In this document: one piece after another, positions 10,601 to 20,276 of the stretch
Layout: each line of letters begins with the position of its first letter
Numbering within the stretch: position 1 is the first letter of the stretch
Source: a virus
Taxonomy: Duplodnaviria; Caudoviricetes
IMG/VR virus record: IMGVR_UViG_3300035498_000371
Span: 128,001-192,000 of that record
DNA length: 64,000 nt
Direction: 5' to 3' (one strand)
Program-made: the position numbers and the translations under genes
The notes under the pieces: generated by a model
What the model was told of the DNA's origin: nothing
Database searches by the model: none
What the model saw: only the letters and a program-made list of their open reading frames with translations

Positions 10601-13600
10601 TCAGATGATGAGTATGAACTTGAACAAAGAGCAGCTGTAGTTGGAGCAACAGCAAATGATCTTGCTAGGTTTAGAGATCAAGCTACGACTGAAGATGGTC
10701 AGTATTATCCTCAGATGTATATTGCACTGCTTAACGATTTCTGTAGAAAACACGCTAAGGATGAATATGCAAAAAGAGCAAATACAGACGTATTCGCCAC
10801 TAAAGAAAAACGAGATGCTCGTAATAGAGCAGCTGCTGGCGGTAGAACAAGCATTGATCAAGATGGTAACGTTACTACTAATCGTAAAATAGATAGAGCT
10901 GCAGAGGCTAAATCATTAATTAAATGGGGTAGAGAAAACCGTATTTATGAATATGGAGATGAAGATGGATCAAGTATTATTGCTCGTCTTCAGGCTAATG
11001 GAGTTTCTAATGAAGAAATTGATAAAATGCGTGACGCAGCTTATGTGAAAGTAAATGCTGTAGATGCTAATGGTAAACCTATAGTAAAACGTGAATATAA
11101 TCATGATTTATTTATAGCATCCTTGATCAAGAAATATGAAAGATATGAGCATAGCCTTCATGCTAAAGGAACCATGGGCAAACCATTCATGGGTAAATCT
11201 ATGCTTTCCAAGGGTGAATTGCTATTCAATTCTAAAGGAATGAGTTTAGTAAACAAGACCGATGCTTATAATGTAAATGAACCCACTCATATCTTAAATA
11301 CAGAAGACTCTCATGATTTATTATCAATATTGGGAGCTAAGAATTTAGGACCTAAAACATCTATTCAACAAGCTCTTGGTAAAGAGAAACTTGCTAAGAA
11401 GAAGATTTTCGGTAAAGATAGCGTTGCTAATAATGCCGAAGGTAATATGAAGATAGATGGTAAGGATATATCTCCTAACGATTTAATAGAAACTGGAAAG
11501 AAATACCTGCCTGAAACCCTTGCTGGTAGTAGTATTGGAGGAATTATAGGATTGCTCTTTGGTGCTCCTATATTGGGTGCTGGTATTGGTAGTGCTGCTA
11601 GTATGATTAGCAGTAGTAATACTCTTAAAGATAAATTATTCGGTCAAGTAGGAAAAGACGGAAATAGAGCTGGTGGTATCATATCTAAAGCCACTCAGGA
11701 TACTGTAAAGAAATATTTGCCTGATATGGCTAAATATGGTTTAGCTGGTATTATTCCTGGACTTCTTACTCCACTTGGACCTATCGGTGGTTTGCTTGTT
11801 GGTGGAACCATTGGTATGCTTAAAAATAATGAAAGATTCACTAATAAATACTTTGGAGAAAATGGTAAACTTACCATCGGATCTAAAGAGAAAGAAATAA
11901 TTCAGAAAATGTTCCCATCTGCAGCTAAAGGTGCTGGAATCGGAGCTATTGCTGGATTATTTGTACCTTCACCATTTGGTATTCTTGGCAATGCCGTTGT
12001 TGGTAGTGTAGTTGGAATGATGACTACTACTGATGAGTGGAAAGAAATGATCCTTGGAACTGATATTGGTGGAGTTCGTGAAGGCGGTCTTGTAGGTGTA
12101 CTTAAAGACGCACTTAAACCTATAACTGATGCTTTGACTAATCTTAAAGATAAGGTTGCTCAGGCTGTAGATAATAATATAGTAGATCCTCTAAAAAGAT
12201 TCATGACTCCAGCTATTCATGCTTTACCTAAATTATTAGGCAAAATACCTGCTAAGATTAGTGATAAGCTTGAAGACCTTTATGGAACTTCTGCAGGTCA
12301 AAAAATAAAAACAGCATTGAAACCTGTATCATTCGTTGGCTCTAAAGTTATTGGCGGTGCTGGTAAAGTATTTAATGCTGCTACGACTCCAATGAGGCTT
12401 ATAGGAAAAGCTGGAGATAAAATCAGAGAGAACGCTATTTTAAATAATGAAGCTGAATATATGACAGCTCAAGAACGTATACAGTTCATGAGTGATAAAG
12501 GTAAAGATTATTTAAATAGCGACTTCGATAAAATGCTTGCAGATATTGGCAAGGGTAATGGTGCTATGTCTGTTGATCAGGCTAAAAGCTTAATGAATAA
12601 CCTTAATGTATTAAGGGATAGCGAAGCTGGAATTTCGTCTGCTCAAAATAGAGCATTTAAAGATATTCGTAAAAATCTTGAGAATTATAAAATGGGTAAT
12701 GGTAAATCATTATCTAATACTACTTTAAAGACAGTTAATGATGCGTTAAAGTATAATAATACTGATAAAGCGATTAAAGCTCTAGAAAACTCTGGAATGT
12801 CTAAAGAAGAGTTTAATGCTCTTATGGATGGCGACGCTGGCTTAAGAGGCAAGCTTACAAATTATAGTGATCTCAAAGAGCGTAAGAGAAGACTATTAGA
12901 TACTGATAAGAATGAAGCTAGTAATAAAGTGCAAGAGCTTCTTAAAGAATTTGGCATGGATAACATTGACGTTAGAAATAAACGCGATGTTGAGAAAATG
13001 GCTAAATTATTAAATACTGAAATTGTGAACCGTGAAGCGAATCCTGAATCTATTGAGGGTAAAGAATTATTGCTTAGCGAAGATCGAAATAAGAAGCTTC
13101 AAGAATTACTTGATTCCTTTGAAGAAATGAAAGAAATCATGAAGGGTAATGTTGAGGGTGCTGGTGATAGTACTGCTCAGAACTTCAAGGCTAACGTTAC
13201 TGATAAAGTAAATAACGCTGTTGACGCTTCTAATGAGAAATTCGATAAAGTTTCAGAAAAGGAAACAGCAAAATTTGAAGGTGAGGCATCAGATGAGCTT
13301 AAAGATGAAATGAGTCGTCATTCTGCAAATCCTGTAAAGAATATTGTTAATTCGGCCAAGCATACATCTCAAGCTAAAACTCTAAATGCTGAACAAGCAT
13401 CTGCAGGTTTAGAAAATCTTAAGAGGACTAAACAGTTCATAAAAGCAGGTTTCCCGCTTGAGAATGAAGGAGAAATGATAGGTTATGTAAAGAATCTTAC
13501 TCCTGTTAAATTTACCTCACTTATGAGGATTAGCAAATCTGGAAAGGTGTCTAGATATTTAAAGAGCCCGCAGTGCAATATAAAACTCACTAAGGAAGAT

Positions 13601-16600
13601 GTAGATACAATTACTTCTTTGAATAATAACGAGTTTGCTAAACTTGAATCAAGATGCGCTGGTTATCTCGAAGCTGGTAGATTTGAGTTCAAATCTATTA
13701 AAGAAATTCTTGAATCTGAATATGCTAATGATGGTTATACGAGTTTCGGCAACATGGTTAAAGGCAAGGTAGGTAAAGCCGCAAGCGGTGTTGCTGGGTT
13801 TGCTGGAAAAACTGTAAGCGCTTTAAATCCATTTACTTTAAAGAGTAGGATTAAGAAGAGCTACAGTGATTACATGTCTGATGGCCTGAATGCCGAGCAT
13901 GTTGAAAGTGAAACTGGAGCTGAACCTGTAGCTCAAAATGGTTTAGGAACAATGCTTCTTAAGGGTGTTGGTTCTGTAGCTAAAGGAATTGGAAGCATTG
14001 CAACTAAAGGTATTAAATCTTTATTTGGTGGCGGCAGTGATAGTGAAGGTAGTTCTAAGGGAGCTGCTGGAAAAATGGCTGGAATTCTTTCCATGCTTGG
14101 AGCTAAAGGTCCTGATGCTGGTGGAGGAAATAACTCTATCGGCGATACTAATGAAACTGATAAAGAAGGAGACGGTAGAGATATAACGCAGACTTCTGAA
14201 GGTCCTGCATTTATTAAGCGTGGTACTGATGGAAGTATCGATTATGATACTACTGACTCTAAGACTAAGCAGGTAGTAGAAAAACTTACTGCTAAAGAAA
14301 AGCTAAGCCAGAAATATATGGAAGCCCAATCTAAAGTTGGCGAGAGCTTAAATAAATTATTTGGTGAAGCTGAAGAGGAGAAGAAGACTACTAAGCTTTC
14401 TATGTTATCACTCTTATTTGGTGGTGCTTTGTTAGCTAAGTCTGGTATTCTTGGTAAAATCTTTAATAACGTTATTAAACCTCTATGGGAAGATCATCTT
14501 AAACCATGGATTACTGATACTGCTATCCCATGGATCATCGATACTGGTATTCCTATGATAACCAGTGCCATATCATCTTTAGGTAGTGTAATTGTTGATG
14601 GTATTAAAACCTTCTTCACAACTACTGGAGATGGAGGTTTCTGGGGCATTCTTAGTACAATCTTAAATGTCGGTAATACTGATGGCGATGAGAAAGATTT
14701 GGTAGTGGATACATCTACTAAAGACTCCAGTGAAATGACTGGCATGAAGGATGAGAGTGGTAATACTCTTACATGGGGTGATATCCAGAATCATAATTAC
14801 CAGAAACTCTACAGTAATGATGGAGAGGAAATATACGTAGATGAGAATGGTAATGTAGTTAATGAAGCAGAGAATAATTACGCTGCTAAAGTTGCTGGTA
14901 AGGTTGGTAATGCCGCAGCTCATGCATTTGCTCAAGGCGGAGTTCCACTCGTTAGCACTGCATCTAAAGGCTTATCATTCCTTAGTAAGCATGGCGGTAT
15001 TGCTGGTAAGATTATTGGTACCACTGGTAAGGCCATTACATCCACAGTAGAAGCTGCAGGTAAAGCTGGTTCGGCTGCAACTACTCTTGTAGCAGAGCGT
15101 GCAGCAACTCGTCAAGCTAATAAAGCATTATTATCTGCAGGAGGAACAGTTGCTGAAGAATTACCTACAGTGGGTAGCAAAGTAGTTAGCGCTGTTAAGA
15201 CTGCTGCTACTAATAGTAAAGTAGGTCAATGGATTCAGACTGGTAAAGATCTTAATAAAGCTAAAAGTTTAGGTGGCATGTTTGTAGACAGCGCTTCGAC
15301 AAGTCAAAAGGTTGCAGCTAAAGTTGCTACAGCTACAGAAACTGTTAGTAGTAAGGTAAGCACTATTATTAGTAAATTAGCAGGTGTAATTGATGATTTA
15401 TTCAGTAATAGTACAGTGCTTAAGAAGTTGAAATCTGTTGCAGAAGTGTTGCATATAGATGATGTAACTTCATGGATCAGCAAATTTAAAGATAAGGTTA
15501 CTAGCGTATTCGATGATGCCATTACTAAAGGTGCTGAGAAGGCTGGTTCTGAAACTGTAAAGAAAGCTGCATCAAAATTAAATCTTATTATGACAATTGC
15601 ATTTATAGTTAAAGACTTCCTTACAGGATGTGATCAAGCTGAATCTATACTCGGTGTAACTAACAGTACTATTGTAGAAGAGTTAGTTTCTGGTATCGTA
15701 AATGCATTGTGTAACTTGCTTATTATCCCTGCAATATTCCCTGGAGTTAGCAATATAGCTCAGCTCTTACTTGAATTCTTTGGAGACGATCTTGAAGAGC
15801 GTCAAAAAGAAGCAGATGAAGAGTTAGAAGAATACAGAGAGAAGAATGGTAGCGATATAAGTAAAGAGGATTATCTTAAACAACAATACTCTGTTACTGG
15901 TAAAGTTGGTGCATGGTTTAAGAAAGGCGTAAGCAATATTAAACAGGGTGCTAAGGATCTAGTAAGTGGAGCTAAAGATAAAGTATCTGGAGCATTAAGC
16001 ACTGTTAAAGAAAAAGCAAGCAATGTAAAAGATGCTGTTGTCGATAAAGTTAAGAGCGCTGCCTCTGCAGTTACCAGTGTAGCTAAGAGTGCTGGTGGGT
16101 TTGTAAAGGAGAAAGCTACTAAGACTATAGACTTTGCTAAGGAATTAGGTAGTAAAGTTACATCTGGAGACATCCAGGGGTTAATATCTTATCAAGCTGC
16201 TGGAGAAGATGAAGAAGGCGGAGTAATGAATACTGTCCAGAATATGGCAGGAAATGTAGCTAAGGTTCCATTACTTATTCCTACAGTAATATCCGCCGGA
16301 ATCCATAAAGTAGCAGACTTTGTTACCAATATAGTAGGTAAGGCTAAAGATACTGGTAGCAACTTATTAGATCTTGGTAAACAACTTAGCACTTATATCT
16401 CATCTGGAGATGTAGTAGGACTGATGGGCTTCAATAGTGGAGTTGAAGATACTGAAGATTACACTGGAAGTTTATCTAAATCTACTGTAGGTGGTGCTAA
16501 GCTCTTAGCCTTTATACCAACTATATTATCTATGGTTGGAGGCAAGGTAGGAGAAATAATTGGTAATATTATAGATAAAGCCAAGACAGCTGGTGGTGCT

Positions 16601-19600
16601 ATTGGCGATACAGTAATGACCATGAAAGATTACGTTATCAGTGGTGACGTAGTTGGATTAATGACTCATAAAGTCGATGAAACCGATGATTTTGCTGGAA
16701 AAGTATCAGCAGTAACCGTAGGAATATCTAAAGGTATTATGTTTGTACCAACAATGCTCTCTTCTGGTGTTCATAAAATTGCTGATGCTGTAGAAACTAT
16801 ATTCGGTGGTATCAAGACAGCTGGTGGTGCTATTGCAACAACTGTATCTTCTATGCAAACTTTTGTTACCAATGGCGATATTACAGGTCTTATTAATTAT
16901 GCACCAACAGTAACCGATGATTTTGCAGGTAAAGTATCATCAATAACATCTGTTGTTGCTAAGGGAGTTATGTTTATTCCTACATCTGTATCTGCAGGTG
17001 TTCATAAGATTGCTGATGTTATAACAACAGTAGTTGATGGTATTAAAACTGCTGGAACATCTACTGTAGATACATTACTACAAATGAAAGATTATGTAGT
17101 TGCAGGCGACCCTGATGGATTATCAGCATTCCAACCTGCTACAACTGAAGGTTTAGCTGGAGGTGTAGCTAAAGTAGTATCAGGTGTTGGTAAAGTAATA
17201 CTTACTCCTGCAACGTATATTTCACTAGGCGTTCATAAAGTTGCTAGCGGAATAGAATCTATTATAGAAACTGGACAAACGATTGCCGAAGGTGTTGCTA
17301 ACGTTGGAAGCGATCTTATTGAATTCGTCAAAGAGGGTGATACTGATGGATTATCAGCATACACAATTGGCGAAGGAGATGATTTCTTATCTAAAGCAGG
17401 AGGAGTTGTAACGTCTGTTGCTAAAGTAATTGTTACTCCTGCAACATATATATCTAAAGGCGTACATGCAATATCTGATACATTCCAAGATATTGTAGAT
17501 GAAATCATGAGCGTTAAAGATGATACCGATACTGTAATTCAGCAAGCTAAGGATGGAGAAGTATCTCTATTCTCTAGTGATTATTGGGGATCAAGCGATA
17601 GTAGTAGTTCTGGATTTGTTGGTGCTATAGGTAAGGTATATGGATTTATTACCAAGGTTATAAATGCACCATTCGTTCTTGTATCTAATATCATTAATAA
17701 GGTTGCTGATGCATTCTCTAATATAAAGGATTGGATCGAAGAGAAGTTCTCTGGAGTTAAAGAGTTCTTCGAAGATCCATTATCATTTGTATATAAGAAA
17801 ATTACAGGTAAAGGAACTGTAGAAGCAGATGGTTCATTTGAGAAAGTAGAAACAGATGATACTGAATCTGCTAGCGGTTCTTATGGTAGAGGAATCTATG
17901 GTCGTGGTTACAGTAAACAAATAGATCCTAGTATAAAGAACTATCGCTTTAATAAGAAAGGTGATAGCGAAAAACAAACCATTGGAGATTCTGCATGTGG
18001 TCCAGCTGCAGCTGTAAATGTAATCGAATCATTACATGGTCGCGGAGCTTATGGACGTGGCGGATCTGCTGTATTAAATGCTGCAGGATATGCGCTTCGT
18101 AATGGTTATAAAGAAACTAATGGAGGAACCAAGCCAGGATTCTTTAGCGATTATTTCAATAAGAATGGTTATGGTTCTCAAACAACTTCAAGTCGTTCTC
18201 AGTTATTGAATAATATCAATAACGGGATGCCTACTGTGCTTATGGGTAGAGATGCTAGAGGCGTTTCTTCTTCTACACCATTCGGAAAGACTCCTCATTA
18301 CGTTACCGTTACAGGAACCGATGGTAAGGTAAATGCTATAGTTCAAGACCCTGAGTCTAAAGTAGATAATCAATTATATCCTACAAAATCATTATTAAGC
18401 AAGAGCTCATTAGGTGTATCTGCTTACGGTAAAGGATCAAGATATGGTAGAGGAACCATGTATGGTAGAGCAACTTCTACAAATATTGACAGTATGGTTA
18501 CTGGCAATAATGGATTAGATCTTATTAAATCATGCGAAGGATGGAGATCTACAGCGTATAAACTTGCTGGAGAAACATATTACACCATAGGATATGGTCA
18601 TCATGGAGCAGATGTAAGCGCAGGACAGACAATAACTGAGGCTCAAGGCTTAGCACTTCTGAAAAGTGATCTTGGAACATATGAGAAATCAGTTAGAGAT
18701 AACTGTAAGAGCATAGGATTTACTCCAAATCAAAATCAGTTTGATGCGCTGGTATCTTATACCTATAATAGAGGTACCGGAGGAGCAAAACAGTTATATG
18801 AAAACTGTAAAACCGCCGATCAAATTTCTGATGGCCTTGTTACGTATTGGGGATCTGCTACTAGATATAAAGATTCTCTTATCAATAGAAGGAAGAAAGA
18901 ACAGACGCTGTTCAATTCAACAAGCGAAAACTCAGTTGATTATTCTTCAGTTTCTTCTTCATCTAGTAGTATATTATCTTCAGATAGTAGCAGTTCATCA
19001 TCTTCTTCTGATGGATCAGTTACCAATTCGATAGTTAGCATGTTTGGTAACCTGTTGTCTAACTCTAAGATCGGTAAAGCATTATCGATATTCTCTGGAA
19101 GTTCTAGTAGCAGTAGTAGTTCTTCATCATCTTCTTCTAGCAGTAGCGGAGATTCAACAACTGCATTTACTGGAGGAGAGCCATACACTGGAAATGCTGG
19201 CGGTCAGATTAAGAAACTTCTTACAGCTGCTGCTGGCGAGATTGGTTACCATGAGACTGGTGATAATATCACTAAATATGGAGCTTGGTATCCAATGAAT
19301 GGTCAGCCTTGGTGCGCTATGTTCGTTTCATGGGCAGCAAATCAGGCTGGTATACCAGAATCAATTATTCCTAAATATTCATATTGCCCTACAGGTGCTG
19401 ATCAATTGAAACAGCTTGGAGGTCAAGAAGTATCTGGTGCTAATGCTGGACCTGGAGATATCTTATTCCATTATAATGGATCTAGATATTCGCACACTGG
19501 TATCGTTGAAGACGTATCAGATGGTAAAGTTCATACCATTGAGGGTAACAGTAGCGATCAGGTTATTAGAAGATCTTATGCTACTAGTGCATCTTCTGAG

Positions 19601-20203
19601 CATTATATCAGACCTAAATATACTGATACAACCTCTGGAGGAAACTATGGATCAAATACGACTACGTTTGCAGAGACTGGTCATGATACAAGCGATTCCA
19701 ATACTAGAGGTGGAAATAGCGATAAACCATTATCCAGATTTGGAGTGTATAAAGAGAATCTCGATAGCGGCACTGGATCAACTGGAATCCGCCATATGGT
19801 TAAGACGTCAGACGGTTACGTCAAAACAGAAGAACCAGAAGAGGCTCCAGAGATTCAACGCTTACAGAAATCTGCTAATAGGAAGTATGTTTACTTCGGT
19901 AAGGGTACCACTGATAGCACAAATGATATGCTCGATGCAATTATTAATGTGCTAATGACTATAGCAGATAATACTGATAAACTAAATACGATTGTTGCAA
20001 TATTAAATCAGAAGTTAGGAGTTAATATAACTGCCGATGATATTGCTAATAATACTGGTAATACTAGCACACTGAAACAGCAACTTAGTGGAAGTCTTGG
20101 TAGGGGTACTAGTAATAGTAAGATGAGTAGTATTCAAGATTCTATAGATAATAGTTCTATAAACGCAATTATGAATGCTATGGATTCTATTGCAGCAGAA
20201 TAA
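7658..20203 (+). CDS. Giant virion protein: tape-measure-like with C-terminal C39-like peptidase, GH24 lysozyme and CHAP domains (virion-associated peptidoglycan hydrolase)
   Basis: 4,181 aa. Ala/Gly/Lys-rich helical body with Gly-rich hydrophobic segments and ~77-aa repeats. SACGPAAA...HYVTVTG...IVQDP (C39-like); IKSCEGWRSTAY...YTIGYGH...QNQFDALVSYTYNRG...NRRKKE (GH24); QPWCAMFVSW...HTGIV...TIEGN (CHAP). Lies next to baseplate genes. Confidence 0.85.
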   Translation: MKGVTNYLKNVTKSVAFSAMDVAKSDMAPDVIDFAETNKELFVSTYAALKNPKTAVKKSVQAIQSSKVYQAVDYGTKNLFQDLRTGNFYNKERMARDEARLAGLDVDDWNDLSEFGVDDDWESKSSGSSKSASEVTAGDMAIVSSIEGSNAALANATVNAVVGSADSINKNARINTAMLYTQNEKLFNGLNNSIGALNSTMNAIFKVQSQALQNMDKNMSTYFTESVKLDTERNAIMKEMLEMQRNMYKSASDKEREAANKRSGSKKKFRWGDISSSGMPDLDNYISSVKKNINDQISGMGIPGFSEDSNMLASMMVSPMKYVTDYVVSGLIPATIKEATKELNDSITGIFGNIIGMLGNARANNDGGIMGMIAKIFGVNTSVNRTIDATKYEKGPVPFDGLTRKAIIDVIPAHLRRIEAALTGMPEQMFDYNSGKWIKARDVKKQYDDIRKNAIRSGTSDLRAQMNPAFRKVAASNKADREDLNEAFNELMEFIYDNNGRFNPNISAAKNKIDPVKYRHLANDKIYPIICTVFKNFASTTNERGEQRTAFSKMLGISNKVLSAKDAEEKQYRDIENSATNVIKQLISEGGFASSDKHGAWKVKDKSHPDKETFEAYNSLTRVKDRYDNTVFDYLQNVNKELTWMRLNWAHSININGGGGYSSRSGRGRRSGRTASPIVNNSPMVSFDKIDIRNANYKAPTANSNYGNAADTRATNEAISKIEKGTAVDFRDFSVDEQQALLHLAALIRDNNTSEYNQATRNAIDSNAISKFIDQHFIKTDTTTLRDIERRSRKADEEGKNTDEIDYGDAKEKNFVTKIKEVIGQYGSLGGAIAGAGTEAFRNVLYTADKAIYEMMYKAELKVDGEDGAKKYEGFMDMIAGKAKETFDGIKKYAEDNILKPFKEKLGIGEDFKDRFKNSFKNMAKAGGKMFLDANKEVYRPLYNATIGDWKQKSQSKVAMATTKKRLQNKYYKTGNKNYKDSDDEYELEQRAAVVGATANDLARFRDQATTEDGQYYPQMYIALLNDFCRKHAKDEYAKRANTDVFATKEKRDARNRAAAGGRTSIDQDGNVTTNRKIDRAAEAKSLIKWGRENRIYEYGDEDGSSIIARLQANGVSNEEIDKMRDAAYVKVNAVDANGKPIVKREYNHDLFIASLIKKYERYEHSLHAKGTMGKPFMGKSMLSKGELLFNSKGMSLVNKTDAYNVNEPTHILNTEDSHDLLSILGAKNLGPKTSIQQALGKEKLAKKKIFGKDSVANNAEGNMKIDGKDISPNDLIETGKKYLPETLAGSSIGGIIGLLFGAPILGAGIGSAASMISSSNTLKDKLFGQVGKDGNRAGGIISKATQDTVKKYLPDMAKYGLAGIIPGLLTPLGPIGGLLVGGTIGMLKNNERFTNKYFGENGKLTIGSKEKEIIQKMFPSAAKGAGIGAIAGLFVPSPFGILGNAVVGSVVGMMTTTDEWKEMILGTDIGGVREGGLVGVLKDALKPITDALTNLKDKVAQAVDNNIVDPLKRFMTPAIHALPKLLGKIPAKISDKLEDLYGTSAGQKIKTALKPVSFVGSKVIGGAGKVFNAATTPMRLIGKAGDKIRENAILNNEAEYMTAQERIQFMSDKGKDYLNSDFDKMLADIGKGNGAMSVDQAKSLMNNLNVLRDSEAGISSAQNRAFKDIRKNLENYKMGNGKSLSNTTLKTVNDALKYNNTDKAIKALENSGMSKEEFNALMDGDAGLRGKLTNYSDLKERKRRLLDTDKNEASNKVQELLKEFGMDNIDVRNKRDVEKMAKLLNTEIVNREANPESIEGKELLLSEDRNKKLQELLDSFEEMKEIMKGNVEGAGDSTAQNFKANVTDKVNNAVDASNEKFDKVSEKETAKFEGEASDELKDEMSRHSANPVKNIVNSAKHTSQAKTLNAEQASAGLENLKRTKQFIKAGFPLENEGEMIGYVKNLTPVKFTSLMRISKSGKVSRYLKSPQCNIKLTKEDVDTITSLNNNEFAKLESRCAGYLEAGRFEFKSIKEILESEYANDGYTSFGNMVKGKVGKAASGVAGFAGKTVSALNPFTLKSRIKKSYSDYMSDGLNAEHVESETGAEPVAQNGLGTMLLKGVGSVAKGIGSIATKGIKSLFGGGSDSEGSSKGAAGKMAGILSMLGAKGPDAGGGNNSIGDTNETDKEGDGRDITQTSEGPAFIKRGTDGSIDYDTTDSKTKQVVEKLTAKEKLSQKYMEAQSKVGESLNKLFGEAEEEKKTTKLSMLSLLFGGALLAKSGILGKIFNNVIKPLWEDHLKPWITDTAIPWIIDTGIPMITSAISSLGSVIVDGIKTFFTTTGDGGFWGILSTILNVGNTDGDEKDLVVDTSTKDSSEMTGMKDESGNTLTWGDIQNHNYQKLYSNDGEEIYVDENGNVVNEAENNYAAKVAGKVGNAAAHAFAQGGVPLVSTASKGLSFLSKHGGIAGKIIGTTGKAITSTVEAAGKAGSAATTLVAERAATRQANKALLSAGGTVAEELPTVGSKVVSAVKTAATNSKVGQWIQTGKDLNKAKSLGGMFVDSASTSQKVAAKVATATETVSSKVSTIISKLAGVIDDLFSNSTVLKKLKSVAEVLHIDDVTSWISKFKDKVTSVFDDAITKGAEKAGSETVKKAASKLNLIMTIAFIVKDFLTGCDQAESILGVTNSTIVEELVSGIVNALCNLLIIPAIFPGVSNIAQLLLEFFGDDLEERQKEADEELEEYREKNGSDISKEDYLKQQYSVTGKVGAWFKKGVSNIKQGAKDLVSGAKDKVSGALSTVKEKASNVKDAVVDKVKSAASAVTSVAKSAGGFVKEKATKTIDFAKELGSKVTSGDIQGLISYQAAGEDEEGGVMNTVQNMAGNVAKVPLLIPTVISAGIHKVADFVTNIVGKAKDTGSNLLDLGKQLSTYISSGDVVGLMGFNSGVEDTEDYTGSLSKSTVGGAKLLAFIPTILSMVGGKVGEIIGNIIDKAKTAGGAIGDTVMTMKDYVISGDVVGLMTHKVDETDDFAGKVSAVTVGISKGIMFVPTMLSSGVHKIADAVETIFGGIKTAGGAIATTVSSMQTFVTNGDITGLINYAPTVTDDFAGKVSSITSVVAKGVMFIPTSVSAGVHKIADVITTVVDGIKTAGTSTVDTLLQMKDYVVAGDPDGLSAFQPATTEGLAGGVAKVVSGVGKVILTPATYISLGVHKVASGIESIIETGQTIAEGVANVGSDLIEFVKEGDTDGLSAYTIGEGDDFLSKAGGVVTSVAKVIVTPATYISKGVHAISDTFQDIVDEIMSVKDDTDTVIQQAKDGEVSLFSSDYWGSSDSSSSGFVGAIGKVYGFITKVINAPFVLVSNIINKVADAFSNIKDWIEEKFSGVKEFFEDPLSFVYKKITGKGTVEADGSFEKVETDDTESASGSYGRGIYGRGYSKQIDPSIKNYRFNKKGDSEKQTIGDSACGPAAAVNVIESLHGRGAYGRGGSAVLNAAGYALRNGYKETNGGTKPGFFSDYFNKNGYGSQTTSSRSQLLNNINNGMPTVLMGRDARGVSSSTPFGKTPHYVTVTGTDGKVNAIVQDPESKVDNQLYPTKSLLSKSSLGVSAYGKGSRYGRGTMYGRATSTNIDSMVTGNNGLDLIKSCEGWRSTAYKLAGETYYTIGYGHHGADVSAGQTITEAQGLALLKSDLGTYEKSVRDNCKSIGFTPNQNQFDALVSYTYNRGTGGAKQLYENCKTADQISDGLVTYWGSATRYKDSLINRRKKEQTLFNSTSENSVDYSSVSSSSSSILSSDSSSSSSSSDGSVTNSIVSMFGNLLSNSKIGKALSIFSGSSSSSSSSSSSSSSSSGDSTTAFTGGEPYTGNAGGQIKKLLTAAAGEIGYHETGDNITKYGAWYPMNGQPWCAMFVSWAANQAGIPESIIPKYSYCPTGADQLKQLGGQEVSGANAGPGDILFHYNGSRYSHTGIVEDVSDGKVHTIEGNSSDQVIRRSYATSASSEHYIRPKYTDTTSGGNYGSNTTTFAETGHDTSDSNTRGGNSDKPLSRFGVYKENLDSGTGSTGIRHMVKTSDGYVKTEEPEEAPEIQRLQKSANRKYVYFGKGTTDSTNDMLDAIINVLMTIADNTDKLNTIVAILNQKLGVNITADDIANNTGNTSTLKQQLSGSLGRGTSNSKMSSIQDSIDNSSINAIMNAMDSIAAE
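16163..17580 (+). repeat. About seven degenerate ~77-80-aa protein repeats within the giant protein
   Basis: Units begin SGDIQGL (~16163), SGDVVGL (~16403), SGDVVGL (~16640), NGDITGL (~16871), AGDPDGL (~17102), EGDTDGL (~17333), DGEVSLF (~17552). Most contain K.hhh.P...S.GVHKhA. Spacing is mostly 231-240 nt. Confidence 0.8.
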
Positions 20204-20218
20204 AAATCTTAAAATTAA

Positions 20219-20248
20219 GTTGGAGTGGTCAAAAACGACCACTCCAAC
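20219..20248 (+). terminator. Terminator hairpin overlapping the next late-type promoter
   Basis: GTTGGAGTGGTC-AAAAAC-GACCACTCCAAC; its 3' end supplies AACA-ATATAT-TAA (20246-20258). Confidence 0.75.
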
Positions 20249-20276
20249 AATATATTAAAATTAGGAGGTGATTTTT

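Noticed and set aside
18940-19150. TCT/AGT/AGC-rich microsatellite-like tracts
   Set aside because: They encode poly-Ser linkers between the lysozyme and CHAP domains, not a separate DNA element.
8632-20242. Many short antisense or alternate-frame ORFs inside the giant gene and other long genes
   Set aside because: They are shadow ORFs of long coding sequences, with no SD and no recognisable motifs.
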